Source: Alphaproteobacteria bacterium (GTDB lineage Bacteria; Pseudomonadota; Alphaproteobacteria; SHVZ01). Taken from it: a stretch of 64,000 nucleotides of DNA. How positions within the stretch are numbered: position 1 is the stretch's first letter; each line of letters opens with the position of its first letter. Positions 48,008-57,401 of the stretch are shown here, piece after piece. A model generated the notes under the pieces. It saw only the letters and a list, made by a program, of their open reading frames with translations, had not been told where the DNA came from and did no database searches. A program made the position numbers and the translations under genes. Location of the stretch: the NCBI GenBank assembly GCA_044223515.1, contig JBGALV010000003.1, positions 37,821 to 101,820 of the forward strand, in the 5' to 3' direction.

Positions 48008-49582
48008 TCATGATCGAGCCCCGTAGAGAAGCGTGATGTTGATGCGGCGGTTCTCGTAGCCGTCCTTGAAGTCGATGCGATCAGTCTCGTGGAACAGGTT
48101 CGAGTTGAAGATGACCGCCCGATTTGCGCGATAAGGAACGGTGATGGCTTTCGCCCCTTCATCATCGAGATAGCGCCGGGCAAGCTCGGGCGAGCGGTTG
48201 TACTCCTCGAACCCCCAGGACAGCGGTGCCGGCTTATCCCATATGACCAAGCCGCCAGACGCGGGGTCGCGATTGGCGCTGTCGGGCATGATCCAGAAAT
48301 TGACGTTCACCGCGGCGAAGTCGGCATGCAGGTTGATGCCGGACAGGCGGCTGTCGTACTTGAACCCCCAAACCTTCTTCAGGGGATGCGGCCCTGCGAT
48401 CCGTTTCATGCCGGCGCGCAGCTCCTCGGCGATCTGCGCGATCAGCGGGCACACGAACCCGTCTTCCATGAAGGATCCCAGATAGCCGCCGCCGTAGCTG
48501 CGGATCCAGAAGCTGTTCTCGAGGCAGAACCGGCGCAGTGAGAGCAGCGAAGCGTCGGAAAGGAGACCGTCGACGACGGCGATCTCCGGCTTCGAGCCAA
48601 GATAGCGCCGCTCGACGTCGTCGAGATCGAGCGCATGGTGAAGCGCGCTGCCTGGGACGGCGGGAGCCTCTCGCCTTGCGTAGCGCCGCCCGTACCAGGG
48701 CGCCAGGATCCGAGACTGCTCGTCGGAGAGTGCGAGCGGTTCGACAGGCCGGGCGGTGGGAGGCACCTGCTTCAGGAGGACGTCGTAAGTATCTCGAAGC
48801 CGGCGAAGGCCGACGTTGATCCCCCCCTGGGCGCCAAGATGATCGAGCTGCTCGAGATCGTGCTTGAGCCGGACGGGTGTGACCTGGCCGGGCGCCGCGC
48901 CGGAGGCCAAAGGCTGCACGCCGAGCCCGTATCGGATCTCGGCGGCAAGCTCCAGTTCGTCGAACGCCTCGCCGGTCCGTCCGATGTCGAGGAGTATGAA
49001 GGCGGCATTTTCGCGGATGTCGGCCCGATCCGGGGATTCCCGCACGAGCTCCCAGAGAAGACGCAGGGCTTCGTCGACCGCCTTCGAGGAATGCAGGCAG
49101 ACGGCGAGGTTCCGGCGTGCCTCGATGTGGCGTGGGCTGGCGGCGATAGCGCGCCGATAGGCCGTCGACGCATCCGGGATCTTCCCGGCATGCTGCTGGG
49201 CGAGGCCTTCGTTGTACCGGGCGGCGACGTGATCCGGCTGCAGGGCGAGAGCGCGACGGAGGGCCGGTCGGGCGGAAGCGAGATCTCGCCGAGAGAGAAG
49301 GGCGCTTCCATAGTTGGCGTGTCCGTCTGCTCCCCTCGGATCGAGGTCGGCGACCCGTCGGAGAAGCGGCAGGTCTCCCGGGTCCCCGGCCTGAGCTGCC
49401 AGCGTGCCGAGCGCCGTCAGGGTGCGGATGTCTCCCGGCATGAGGGAGAGGATGGCTCTATAGGCCCGGCGAGCAGCCGACGTCTGGCCGATGGCGGTCG
49501 CCCTGGCGGCCTCGGCAAGAAGCCGGCGGATCGTCTCCGTCACATCGATCGGGGAGGGTGCCCATGACGGCACGTTCGTCAC
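48008..49582 (-). CDS. TPR + 2OG-Fe(II) oxygenase-like protein
   Basis: TPRs, then WGFKYD...HAD.AAVNVNFWI...GGL...PYRANRAVIFNSNLFHET...RRINIT (HxD...H...R); GTGA-coupled start at 49582. Confidence 0.8.
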   Translation of the reverse strand: MTNVPSWAPSPIDVTETIRRLLAEAARATAIGQTSAARRAYRAILSLMPGDIRTLTALGTLAAQAGDPGDLPLLRRVADLDPRGADGHANYGSALLSRRDLASARPALRRALALQPDHVAARYNEGLAQQHAGKIPDASTAYRRAIAASPRHIEARRNLAVCLHSSKAVDEALRLLWELVRESPDRADIRENAAFILLDIGRTGEAFDELELAAEIRYGLGVQPLASGAAPGQVTPVRLKHDLEQLDHLGAQGGINVGLRRLRDTYDVLLKQVPPTARPVEPLALSDEQSRILAPWYGRRYARREAPAVPGSALHHALDLDDVERRYLGSKPEIAVVDGLLSDASLLSLRRFCLENSFWIRSYGGGYLGSFMEDGFVCPLIAQIAEELRAGMKRIAGPHPLKKVWGFKYDSRLSGINLHADFAAVNVNFWIMPDSANRDPASGGLVIWDKPAPLSWGFEEYNRSPELARRYLDDEGAKAITVPYRANRAVIFNSNLFHETDRIDFKDGYENRRINITLLYGARS

Positions 49583-51201
49583 GACGAACGCGGCTGTCGT
49601 TGGCCGAACAGCATCGTCACGTTGATGCGGCGGTTCTCGTATCCGGGACGGAAGCGCAGGGGGGCCGTCGCATGGAAGAGGTCCGAGTTGAAGATGACGG
49701 CCCGGTTCTGCCGATAAGGAACGTTGACCGGAGGCTTGCCGGCGGATTCGACGAAGCGATGCATCGTTTCCGGTTCCGTGTTGATCGCGGCGAAGTCCCA
49801 ATGCGCAGGTGCTTCGACCGGATAGACGATCAAGCCGCCGGAGTCCGGGTCCAGATTGGCGCTGTCCGGCGTGATCCAGAAGTTGACGTTGACCGCTGCG
49901 TCGTCGCCGTGGATTCCGATCCCTTCGAGCTTCTCCTCGTATTTGTACGCCCAGATCTGGCGAAGGGGGTGTCCGCCGAAGATCGCTGGTAGCGCCGCAG
50001 CCAGCTCTTCGGCGATCTGAAAGAGCAGCGGAGCGAAGAAGCCATCTGCGGCGTAGGCCCCGAGGTAGCCGCGAGCGACCGGTGCGGCCTGGTAGTTGTG
50101 GCTGATGTCGTTCCAGATGGTCGAGTCGAGGCAGAACTTGCGGAGTGAGGAAAGGGCGTCCGCCGTCAGAAAGCCATCGACCCAGCAGATCCCCGGCGGT
50201 ACCGAATAGCGACGCTCGACTTCCTGCCGATCCCAGCCGGTCGCCACCGCGCCGCCGTCGATCTTGGCCGGGGGCGTCCAGTTGACGATGCGGCCGTGGA
50301 CGTCGCCGATGGCTGCGATGTCCTCAGGATGAAGCGAGCCATTCGCGGACGCGCCATGACGCGCGACAAATCGATCCAGCGAACGGCGATAGGCCGAAAT
50401 GATGGGATCGAACTCTGCCCCATAGATCCCGGACCGGCGTCCAGCTTCAAACTGCTCGATATCGTGTCGCAGCTTGACGGTGTTGGTGAGGCTCTGCGGC
50501 GGCGGCAGGGCAGAGGTAGGGAAGCCTCCGGGCCACCACCGGCTGGGCCAGCGGATGGTGAGAGCCCGTTCGAAGGCTGCCTGAGCATCCTCGTGCCGCC
50601 TCAGCCTGAGCGCGGCGCTTCCAAGCCCGGACCATGCCTGGACCAGAAACGGGCTGAGCGCGAGGGCCGCGCGGAAAGCGCTTTCCGCCCGCGCATGACC
50701 GAGCTCGACAAGAACATTGCCGAAGTTGTTCCAGGCCTCGGCCATGGTCGGGCCGAGGGCGATCGCCGTGCGGCCGCTGATCAAGGCTCCGTCGTAGTCT
50801 CCGACTTCGTATTGCGCGGCGCAGAGCGTATTCCAGATGATCGCGTTGCCTGGCTCGAGCCGAACCCCTTCGCGCGCCTGAGCGATCGCGTCATGCCAGC
50901 GGCCGAGCATCTTCAGCGCGAGGGCGAGATTGCCGCGGATCGAGGCGGACCGAGGCAGGAGCTCTGCCGCCTGACCAAGAAACTGCGTCGCCCGAGGCAT
51001 GTCGCTTCGAGCGGCGGCGATGACGCCGATGAGATTCATCGCATCGGCATTTTGCGGCTGGGCACGAAGGAGCTGGCCCGCGAGACGCTCCGCGGCCTCG
51101 AAGTCGCCGGCGGAGTAGGCGCGGCTGGCCTCCGCAAAGAGATTGCCGTAAATGGGTGTGTTGCGCGACCGCTGCAGTTCCCGGTTTCTTTTCGTCTTCA
51201 T
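49579..51201 (-). CDS. TPR + 2OG-Fe(II) oxygenase-like protein (paralog)
   Basis: TPRs, then WAYKY...HGD.AAVNVNFWI...FNSDLFHAT...RRINVT. Confidence 0.82.
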   Translation of the reverse strand: MKTKRNRELQRSRNTPIYGNLFAEASRAYSAGDFEAAERLAGQLLRAQPQNADAMNLIGVIAAARSDMPRATQFLGQAAELLPRSASIRGNLALALKMLGRWHDAIAQAREGVRLEPGNAIIWNTLCAAQYEVGDYDGALISGRTAIALGPTMAEAWNNFGNVLVELGHARAESAFRAALALSPFLVQAWSGLGSAALRLRRHEDAQAAFERALTIRWPSRWWPGGFPTSALPPPQSLTNTVKLRHDIEQFEAGRRSGIYGAEFDPIISAYRRSLDRFVARHGASANGSLHPEDIAAIGDVHGRIVNWTPPAKIDGGAVATGWDRQEVERRYSVPPGICWVDGFLTADALSSLRKFCLDSTIWNDISHNYQAAPVARGYLGAYAADGFFAPLLFQIAEELAAALPAIFGGHPLRQIWAYKYEEKLEGIGIHGDDAAVNVNFWITPDSANLDPDSGGLIVYPVEAPAHWDFAAINTEPETMHRFVESAGKPPVNVPYRQNRAVIFNSDLFHATAPLRFRPGYENRRINVTMLFGQRQPRSS

Positions 51202-51398
51202 CGATTACCCGGCCGTGTTGAGCGATCAATCTATAGGGGATAGGGATTGAGGCGACCAATTTTCATGGGCCGTTGATAAACCCGGAACGCTCGATTGCAG
51301 CCGGCCAAGCGGCTCGATCTCGTGCATAGGTTGATGATAGACCAGCGGCGTGAAAACAGTACGGCGTCCAGCCGGCCGGCAATGCGAGGAGCGATGCC

Positions 51399-51776
51399 AT
51401 GCTGAAAGCCTTTTTCGTGATCGCGCTTTTGCTCATCGCCTCGGAAGCAGACTCTCAGTCGCGGCAGCCTCACGTGGTCGGCGAGTGGGCCAGCGACTGT
51501 GCGGCGGATTTCAGGATCGGCTACCGCTTGAATCCGAGCGGCAAGCTGATCGCCTACACGGTCAACAAAGGCGTGGCGGCCGATTTCGGGTCGCCGACCG
51601 TGACGGAGGAGTCAGCTGAGTTCTTCACGCTGGACTTCAACGACGGCGGCGGACCGACCGTCTGGAAGATCGCGGGCACGACCATCCGGCCTTGGCGGCA
51701 GGGACCGGACGGCTCGGTGATAAAGGACGGGATGCGAGACGGCACTCCGACGCCGATCTTCAAACGCTGCCGCTGA
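51399..51776 (+). CDS. Small secreted hypothetical protein
   Basis: RBS GAGGAG, hydrophobic signal peptide, two Cys (near the N- and C-termini). Confidence 0.72.
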   Translation: MLKAFFVIALLLIASEADSQSRQPHVVGEWASDCAADFRIGYRLNPSGKLIAYTVNKGVAADFGSPTVTEESAEFFTLDFNDGGGPTVWKIAGTTIRPWRQGPDGSVIKDGMRDGTPTPIFKRCR

Positions 51777-51795
51777 TTTTTGGTCGGATCGGACG

Positions 51796-51830
51796 AAAAG
51801 TCCGGGAGGACATCAGGGATGTCCTCCCGG
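51796..51830. terminator. Perfect 13-bp hairpin; U-tract on the minus strand
   Basis: CCGGGAGGACATC-AGG-GATGTCCTCCCGG at 51802-51830; followed by ACTTTT on the minus strand. Confidence 0.55.
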
Positions 51831-52106
51831 CAAAATTCGTCAACGTGTGGGAGAAGCGCTTAGGACGCCCTTGCCCGTGGAGCGCGTCCGCGCGGACGCT
51901 GGCCTGCATATGGGGACTCGATACCGCGTTAGGAAGCCCATCCTCGTCGAGATTGATGGGTCGATATAATTCTTTGATTGTATTAGGATTTTATCGGCCA
52001 GACGCTACGCCCGCCGCTTCACTGGCGAGCAATCGGGCTCTCCGCCGGAAGGCCGATGGCTTAGGATCGGGCGAGAGGCGAAAGCGAGCGTTCCAGAGCG
52101 AACTCG

Positions 52107-54149
52107 ATGGCAGGTGATTGGAACGGGATATTCCAGGAAGGCCTTGGCCTGCATCAGGCCGGCCGGGTCGCCGAAGCCGAGAAGCGCTACCGTGCGGTGC
52201 TGTCGGCCGTCCCGCTACACTCCTGGGCATGGCATTACGTCGGCCTGATCGAGCTGCAGCGAGGAAGGTCCGACGAGGCACTCCGTTGCCTTCATACTGC
52301 CATTGCGGTCGATCCGTCCGTGGCGGTGTTTCACGGCAATCTGGGGGAAGCCCTGGCGGGCGCGGACCTTAGGGCGGCAGCCCGTCTTTATCGTCGTTCG
52401 GTCTGCTGCGACGGCATGTTCGGATCGGGATACGGCAATCTGGTCGCACGGTGCCGCGCGATCGAGAAGGCCGGCACGCTGCTCCGCTTTTCACGTTGCC
52501 ATTTGGCCGTCGAGCCGAACAACCCGGCTGCCCACTCCAATCTGGGATTGCTCCTTTGCGATCGGGGCGACCTTTCCGATGGTGAGAAAGCTCTGATGCG
52601 AGGGGTGTCGCTCTCGCCCGACGCAGCTAAGATCCTGGCCAACCTCGGTCGGGCCCTGGTGATAGGGGGCCAGGCCGCCAGGGCGGTCATAGTTCTCGAG
52701 AAGGCGGCTCGGCTCAGCCCGGACGCGGCGAGCAACCACAACAATTTGGGCCGTGCCTATCAGCGCGCCGGACGCATCGGTGCCGGACGACGTTCTCTCC
52801 GGCACGCCTTGGCGCTGCAACCCGACGAGGCGGAGGCACTCAACAACCTTGGAAATATCGCTCTCGCCTTGGGAGATGCAGAAGGCGCCAAGGCGTTCGT
52901 TCGACGGGCATTGGCGACTGCGCCGATGAATTCAGCCTTTCGCGGCAACTATGTGATGACGCTGCTTTATACGGACTCGGCGAGCGCGTCCGAGCTGATG
53001 AGCGCGATGTCGAATGGCCGCGCGATCGAGAAACCTCACGTCCCGCTCAGGACGTTCGCGGACGGATCGAGGGTTGGCCTCCGAATTGGGTTTGTGTCGG
53101 CGGACCTCTGCAGTCATCCGGTAGGTGAGACGTTGCTATCGATTTTGGAGGGGATGGATCGTCGGGGTATCGAGGTTTTCCTGTATGCGAATGTCGTGCG
53201 TCCTGACGAGGTGAGTGCGCGGTTTGCCTCTCTGGCGGACGGGTGGCGGGTGATCGCGGATCTGGGCGACGAGGAGGTTGTCTCCGCGGTTCGCCGGGAC
53301 GGGGTGGATGTTCTGGTATCGGTAGCGGGTCACACGGCGGGCGGTCGTCTTCCTGTGTTTGCGTCGAGGGCGGCTCCGGTCCAGGTGTCGCTTTTCGATC
53401 TGACGACGACGGGCCTGGCGGAGATGGACTACTGGGTGGGCGACGAGGCGACGACGCCTGTGGGGACGGGAGAGAGGTTCACCGAGACGATCTTGCGGCT
53501 GCCGTGCTGGTGCGTGTTCCGCCGTCCGCCGGAGGAGCCTGCGGTGTCGGCGCTTCCGGCCCTGAGCTCTGGGCGGGTGACGTTCGGGTGCTTCAACAAT
53601 CCGGCGAAGCTGTCGCCGTCGACGCTGTCGACCTGGGCTTCGGTGATGCGGGCCGTTCCGGGGTCGCGGCTTCTCCTCAAGTACCTACATTTCTACGAGG
53701 ACCCGACGCTTCGCGGCCACATCCGGTCGTCGCTCTCGGGGTTCGGGGTGAGCGGGGAGCGGATCGAGTTCGAGGCCGGCTCGACGGAAGGATCGGCGCA
53801 TCTGTCGATCTATCATCGGGTCGACATTGCGTTGGATCCGTTTCCGTTCGTGGGATGCAACGCGACGTTCCAGGCTCTGTGGATGGGGGTTCCGGTGGTT
53901 ACGCTTGCCGGCGAGCGCTTCATCGCGCGGATGGGTGCGGGCTTCCTGCCGCTGGTCGGGCTGGAGCGTCTGGTGGCACCGGACCACCGGGGCTATGTCG
54001 AACGGGCCGAGGCGCTGGCAGGCGACCTCCCCGCGCTCGCGGCCCTCCGTGCCGACCTCAGGAAGCGGGTGATCGGCTCACCCCTCTGCAACGCAAAACT
54101 CTACGCCCATAACCTCCTGCAAGGCTTGCGGAGCGTCGCCGGATGGTGA
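52107..54149 (+). CDS. TPR + GT41 glycosyltransferase
   Basis: Well-formed TPRs; GFVSADLCSHPV, FGCFNNPAKL, ALWMGVPV. Confidence 0.9.
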   Translation: MAGDWNGIFQEGLGLHQAGRVAEAEKRYRAVLSAVPLHSWAWHYVGLIELQRGRSDEALRCLHTAIAVDPSVAVFHGNLGEALAGADLRAAARLYRRSVCCDGMFGSGYGNLVARCRAIEKAGTLLRFSRCHLAVEPNNPAAHSNLGLLLCDRGDLSDGEKALMRGVSLSPDAAKILANLGRALVIGGQAARAVIVLEKAARLSPDAASNHNNLGRAYQRAGRIGAGRRSLRHALALQPDEAEALNNLGNIALALGDAEGAKAFVRRALATAPMNSAFRGNYVMTLLYTDSASASELMSAMSNGRAIEKPHVPLRTFADGSRVGLRIGFVSADLCSHPVGETLLSILEGMDRRGIEVFLYANVVRPDEVSARFASLADGWRVIADLGDEEVVSAVRRDGVDVLVSVAGHTAGGRLPVFASRAAPVQVSLFDLTTTGLAEMDYWVGDEATTPVGTGERFTETILRLPCWCVFRRPPEEPAVSALPALSSGRVTFGCFNNPAKLSPSTLSTWASVMRAVPGSRLLLKYLHFYEDPTLRGHIRSSLSGFGVSGERIEFEAGSTEGSAHLSIYHRVDIALDPFPFVGCNATFQALWMGVPVVTLAGERFIARMGAGFLPLVGLERLVAPDHRGYVERAEALAGDLPALAALRADLRKRVIGSPLCNAKLYAHNLLQGLRSVAGW

Positions 54150-54155
54150 TGTGAG

Positions 54156-55514
54156 CTAGCGGACTCGATCGAGGGCATTGTTCTCGCGGGCGGTGGCGAG
54201 GACTCGAGTCCAGAAGGTCGTTGCGGTGTAGTTCCGCAGGAACCGCGATGTTGCGTTCGCGGCGATCTCCGCGGCGCGCTCGGGATGAGCGAGGAAGTAG
54301 CGGACCTTGTCGACAAGGTCGGCCGCACCCTCGAAAGAGACGTATTCGCGTCCCTCTTCGAAGAAGTCGCAGGTGACGTCGTTGGCGGACTCGAGAAGCA
54401 TCGATCCGCACGCCGCCGCCTCAAGGACCCGACCCTTGAGCTGATGTCCGTCGCCCGTGCTGCAGGCGCTGAAGTTGACCGTCAGCTGAGCGCTTCTGAG
54501 CGAGTCGAGGTAGGTCGCCGTCGAGAGGGTTTTGTGGGCCGGCAAGTTCGGATCCCGATGTCCTTCGACCGCGGACGGGCGCGTGATCACATCGATCCCG
54601 GCCTCTCTCAGCGCCTGCACGCCGGCAACGCGTTCGCCCCAGAGGCTGCCGACCAGGTTGACGCAAGGGCGGCGGGTGGTGAAAGGCGGAACGCTCCCCG
54701 CTGCTATCGGTGACCAGCCGCGAAAGAAACGCCGTCCCAGGTGATGGAGCGGGGGCAGGCTCTCGAGGCTGCAGCCGTCTATCGGCACGACGAGATCGAA
54801 GACATCGGCAATACGATTTGCGACTCCTTGCCAAAGCGCTTTTCGCAGGTCGGGAACGAACAGCACGGTCGGGATCCCCTGGGCCCGCAGATGCCGGAAG
54901 ACGCCGAGTTTCGGATTTTGATGTTGTGCCGTTCCAGGGAGGAAGACCACGATCTCCGGACAGGCATCATTGCATTGGCGCAGCAGCTCCTCGGAAGGAT
55001 CTGAAAGAAGCCCCTGGGTTCGCTTGGGTAGGCGGAACGTACTCCGGCGTCCGACGTGCGCCTGGTCGAAGTGGTCGAGAAACTCCTCGAGATCGCGCCA
55101 GATGAAGAACCAGCGCGTCTCGTCCGACGCGGGCGGGCGGGCGGACGTCTGCAGTGGCAGAGACGGGTCGGTGCGATCGGCGAGCCATCTCCACGCGTCG
55201 GCAAAGGCCCCTAGACTCGCCGCCATCCTGGAGCCCATTCCGAGCAGTTGGCGTGCCCGGGCGAGCGAAGATTCCATGCCCTGGATATCGCCGCGATCCG
55301 GACGCCACAGGGCGAGGTAATAGTGCACCTGAGGGAAACTCGGCTCGAGCGCGCAGGCCTGCCGTAGCAAGGCTCCGGCGGCCGAAGCGGGCCCATCACG
55401 AAGCGCGATCGTCGCCAGTACGCATCGTGCTTCGACCGAGGCGGGCGAGCGTTGCAGGACCGAGCGTGCCAAGGCAGTCGCCTCGGCGCGCCGGCCGGCA
55501 ACATCCAGCTCCAC
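54156..55514 (-). CDS. TPR + CgeB/Glyco_trans_1_2-like glycosyltransferase
   Basis: Short TPR region; QLKGRVLEAAACGSMLL...F..G.EY. Start uncertain but should lie below the terminator at 55597. Confidence 0.75.
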   Translation of the reverse strand: MELDVAGRRAEATALARSVLQRSPASVEARCVLATIALRDGPASAAGALLRQACALEPSFPQVHYYLALWRPDRGDIQGMESSLARARQLLGMGSRMAASLGAFADAWRWLADRTDPSLPLQTSARPPASDETRWFFIWRDLEEFLDHFDQAHVGRRSTFRLPKRTQGLLSDPSEELLRQCNDACPEIVVFLPGTAQHQNPKLGVFRHLRAQGIPTVLFVPDLRKALWQGVANRIADVFDLVVPIDGCSLESLPPLHHLGRRFFRGWSPIAAGSVPPFTTRRPCVNLVGSLWGERVAGVQALREAGIDVITRPSAVEGHRDPNLPAHKTLSTATYLDSLRSAQLTVNFSACSTGDGHQLKGRVLEAAACGSMLLESANDVTCDFFEEGREYVSFEGAADLVDKVRYFLAHPERAAEIAANATSRFLRNYTATTFWTRVLATARENNALDRVR

Positions 55515-55596
55515 GGCTCGTGCGATGTCGGCGTCGATGGCTGAAGTCCTGGTGAAACAAGTCCGGACGGAAGCGTACCTCCGGCCGTAGGGCTGC

Positions 55597-55626
55597 AAAA
55601 GAAAAGGGCCCCTTTCGGGGCCCTTT
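55597..55626 (-). terminator. Rho-independent terminator of the S-layer-like gene
   Basis: Minus strand reads AAAGGGCCCC-GAAA-GGGGCCCTTT-TCTTTT, about 25 nt after the stop. Confidence 0.9.
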
Positions 55627-55650
55627 GAGTTGAAGCGTAGTCTTTGTGGC

Positions 55651-57012
55651 TTAGTCGCTGAAGACCGCGCCCATGTTGGTGACAACGCCCGCCGGGTTGA
55701 GCAGCAGGCCGGTCAGCTTCACGCTGCTCGAACCGAACAGGAAGGTGACCTGAGCGCGGGACGACGCATCACCCAGGAAGGTGCTGCCGACCGCGGTGTT
55801 GATATCCGACGCGCCGTACAGAGCCGAGGAGCCAGCAGCGAGGCTGCTGAGCGACCCGACCGCGGTCGCGCCGTCCGAACGGCGGACGCTGACCAGGGTG
55901 GTCGATGCCGTCGTGCCGCTGTTCACCGCGTAGGCGAACGAGCTGTAGCCGCCCGTCACACCGACGAAGTAGTTCGACGTACGCACCGTGCCGCTGTAAC
56001 CGACGGCGTTGGAGGTCGTCGTGCCGGTGATCGTGCCGTTGTTGCTCGTCGTGATGACGCCGCGGACCGTGATCGAGCTGTTGCTCAGCACGCTCGAGCC
56101 GTTGGCGATCGCGCAGACCTGGAAGGTCGAAACGCTGAGGCCAGTGAGCGTCGCCGAGGTCGAGCCGGGGGTCACGGTGAACGCACCCGACGGGGCCGCA
56201 GTGGCGCAGGTCGTGGCAACAGCAGTGGCGATCGCGTAGACGGTCGAGATGCCCGACAGCGAGCCGCTGACGGTGATCGAGCCGCCCTGAGCGCTCATCG
56301 AGACGGCGCTGCCGCCGCTGACGTCGTTCGGAGCGGTGCCCGCGTTGGCGAACGCGACCGTGCCGAGCGGGGCGAACAGAGCCGTGCCCGTGCCCGAGAC
56401 GAAGCGATTGCCGCCCGAGGCGACGTCGATGGTCTGAGCCGCACCGGCAGCCTGGGTCGCAGTGGCGGCGTCGGTGATGTTCGCGACAACCGTCCCGCCC
56501 GCGGTGGCCTGCTGAGTGACAGGGTCAGCCGAGAGAGTGGCCGTGATGTTGAACGAGGTCGCCGTCGAGTTCGTCGAGATGTAGGTCTGCAGGCCCGAAA
56601 CCTGGATGCCCGTCAGCGAGATATTGGTCGAGCCGGAGCTCGCAGTGGTCACCTGGTAGACAGTCGAGGAAGCGCCCGAGCCGCCCGTCGACAGGGTCAA
56701 CGCGAGGTTGACACCGGCCGAGAATCCGACAGTCGGGTTGGCGGCGAAGGTCATGCCCGAGGGCAGGGCGAAGGTGACGAAGTTACCGGTCGTGAGCGTG
56801 CCGGCCGTCGTGATCAGCCGAACCGTGGTGCCGCTCAGGGTGGCGTTGCCGGTCGAAGTCAGCTGACGAGCGAAGGTATTGTCCGCCGTGACGACAATGC
56901 TCGCGGCGGAAGCAGGCGACATGACACCCAGGAACGACATGGTCGTCATGACGGTTCCCAGACCCGTCGTCGCCAGCAGCAGCCTCTTGCGAGAGCTCTG
57001 AGTCTCAAACAT
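55651..57012 (-). CDS. Ser/Thr/Ala/Gly-rich secreted surface protein, S-layer-like
   Basis: About 36-aa signal peptide ending ASA; mature part about 30% Ser+Thr (hand count of the first 200 aa), no Glu/His/Trp, one Cys pair; strong codon bias; own promoter and terminator. Confidence 0.8.
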   Translation of the reverse strand: MFETQSSRKRLLLATTGLGTVMTTMSFLGVMSPASAASIVVTADNTFARQLTSTGNATLSGTTVRLITTAGTLTTGNFVTFALPSGMTFAANPTVGFSAGVNLALTLSTGGSGASSTVYQVTTASSGSTNISLTGIQVSGLQTYISTNSTATSFNITATLSADPVTQQATAGGTVVANITDAATATQAAGAAQTIDVASGGNRFVSGTGTALFAPLGTVAFANAGTAPNDVSGGSAVSMSAQGGSITVSGSLSGISTVYAIATAVATTCATAAPSGAFTVTPGSTSATLTGLSVSTFQVCAIANGSSVLSNSSITVRGVITTSNNGTITGTTTSNAVGYSGTVRTSNYFVGVTGGYSSFAYAVNSGTTASTTLVSVRRSDGATAVGSLSSLAAGSSALYGASDINTAVGSTFLGDASSRAQVTFLFGSSSVKLTGLLLNPAGVVTNMGAVFSD

Positions 57013-57076
57013 TTTTTTCCAGCTCCAGTTACGTTGACGACATGCCGTTTCCGGGTCCAAGGCCCGCGGCTCAGGG

Positions 57077-57106
57077 TTTATACGGCTGGCTTTTGGCCGT
57101 TGTCAA
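57077..57106 (-). promoter_or_regulatory. Near-consensus sigma70 promoter for the S-layer-like gene
   Basis: Minus strand TTGACA (57106-57101), 18-nt spacer, TATAAA (57082-57077). Confidence 0.75.
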
Positions 57107-57401
57107 CGGGGCGGAACCAGCATTTTCGCGGGTTTAGCAGGGGGCGGACGTTTGATCTGGGGGGGCGATGCGAGGGTAAGGAATAACTTCCGGCGGCGGG
57201 AATGCCGGCTCTGTTTCGTCCCGTCTTTGCCCGCATTTTCCGTTTAGTCGCGCCAGAATCCCGTTGGTTACGGCCGGGAGTTGCGAGCATCGCGAACAAG
57301 ACCGGTTAATCATCTTGTTTCGGCAAGATAAAGCATTGTCGGGGTAATCTTTCACTCTGGAAGAGTGTGCCCCCCGCCGTTTTCGTCGTCTTCGTGAAAA
57401 A

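Noticed and set aside
55651-56910. Enrichment of N-x-S/T sequons in the S-layer-like protein
   Set aside because: About 8 sequons, roughly what 30% Ser+Thr gives by chance.
56970-57012. Tat signal (SRKRLL)
   Set aside because: No twin arginine and no consensus Phe; treated as a long Sec-type signal.
55630-57186. 518-aa plus-strand ORF
   Set aside because: Arg-rich antisense shadow of the codon-biased S-layer-like gene.
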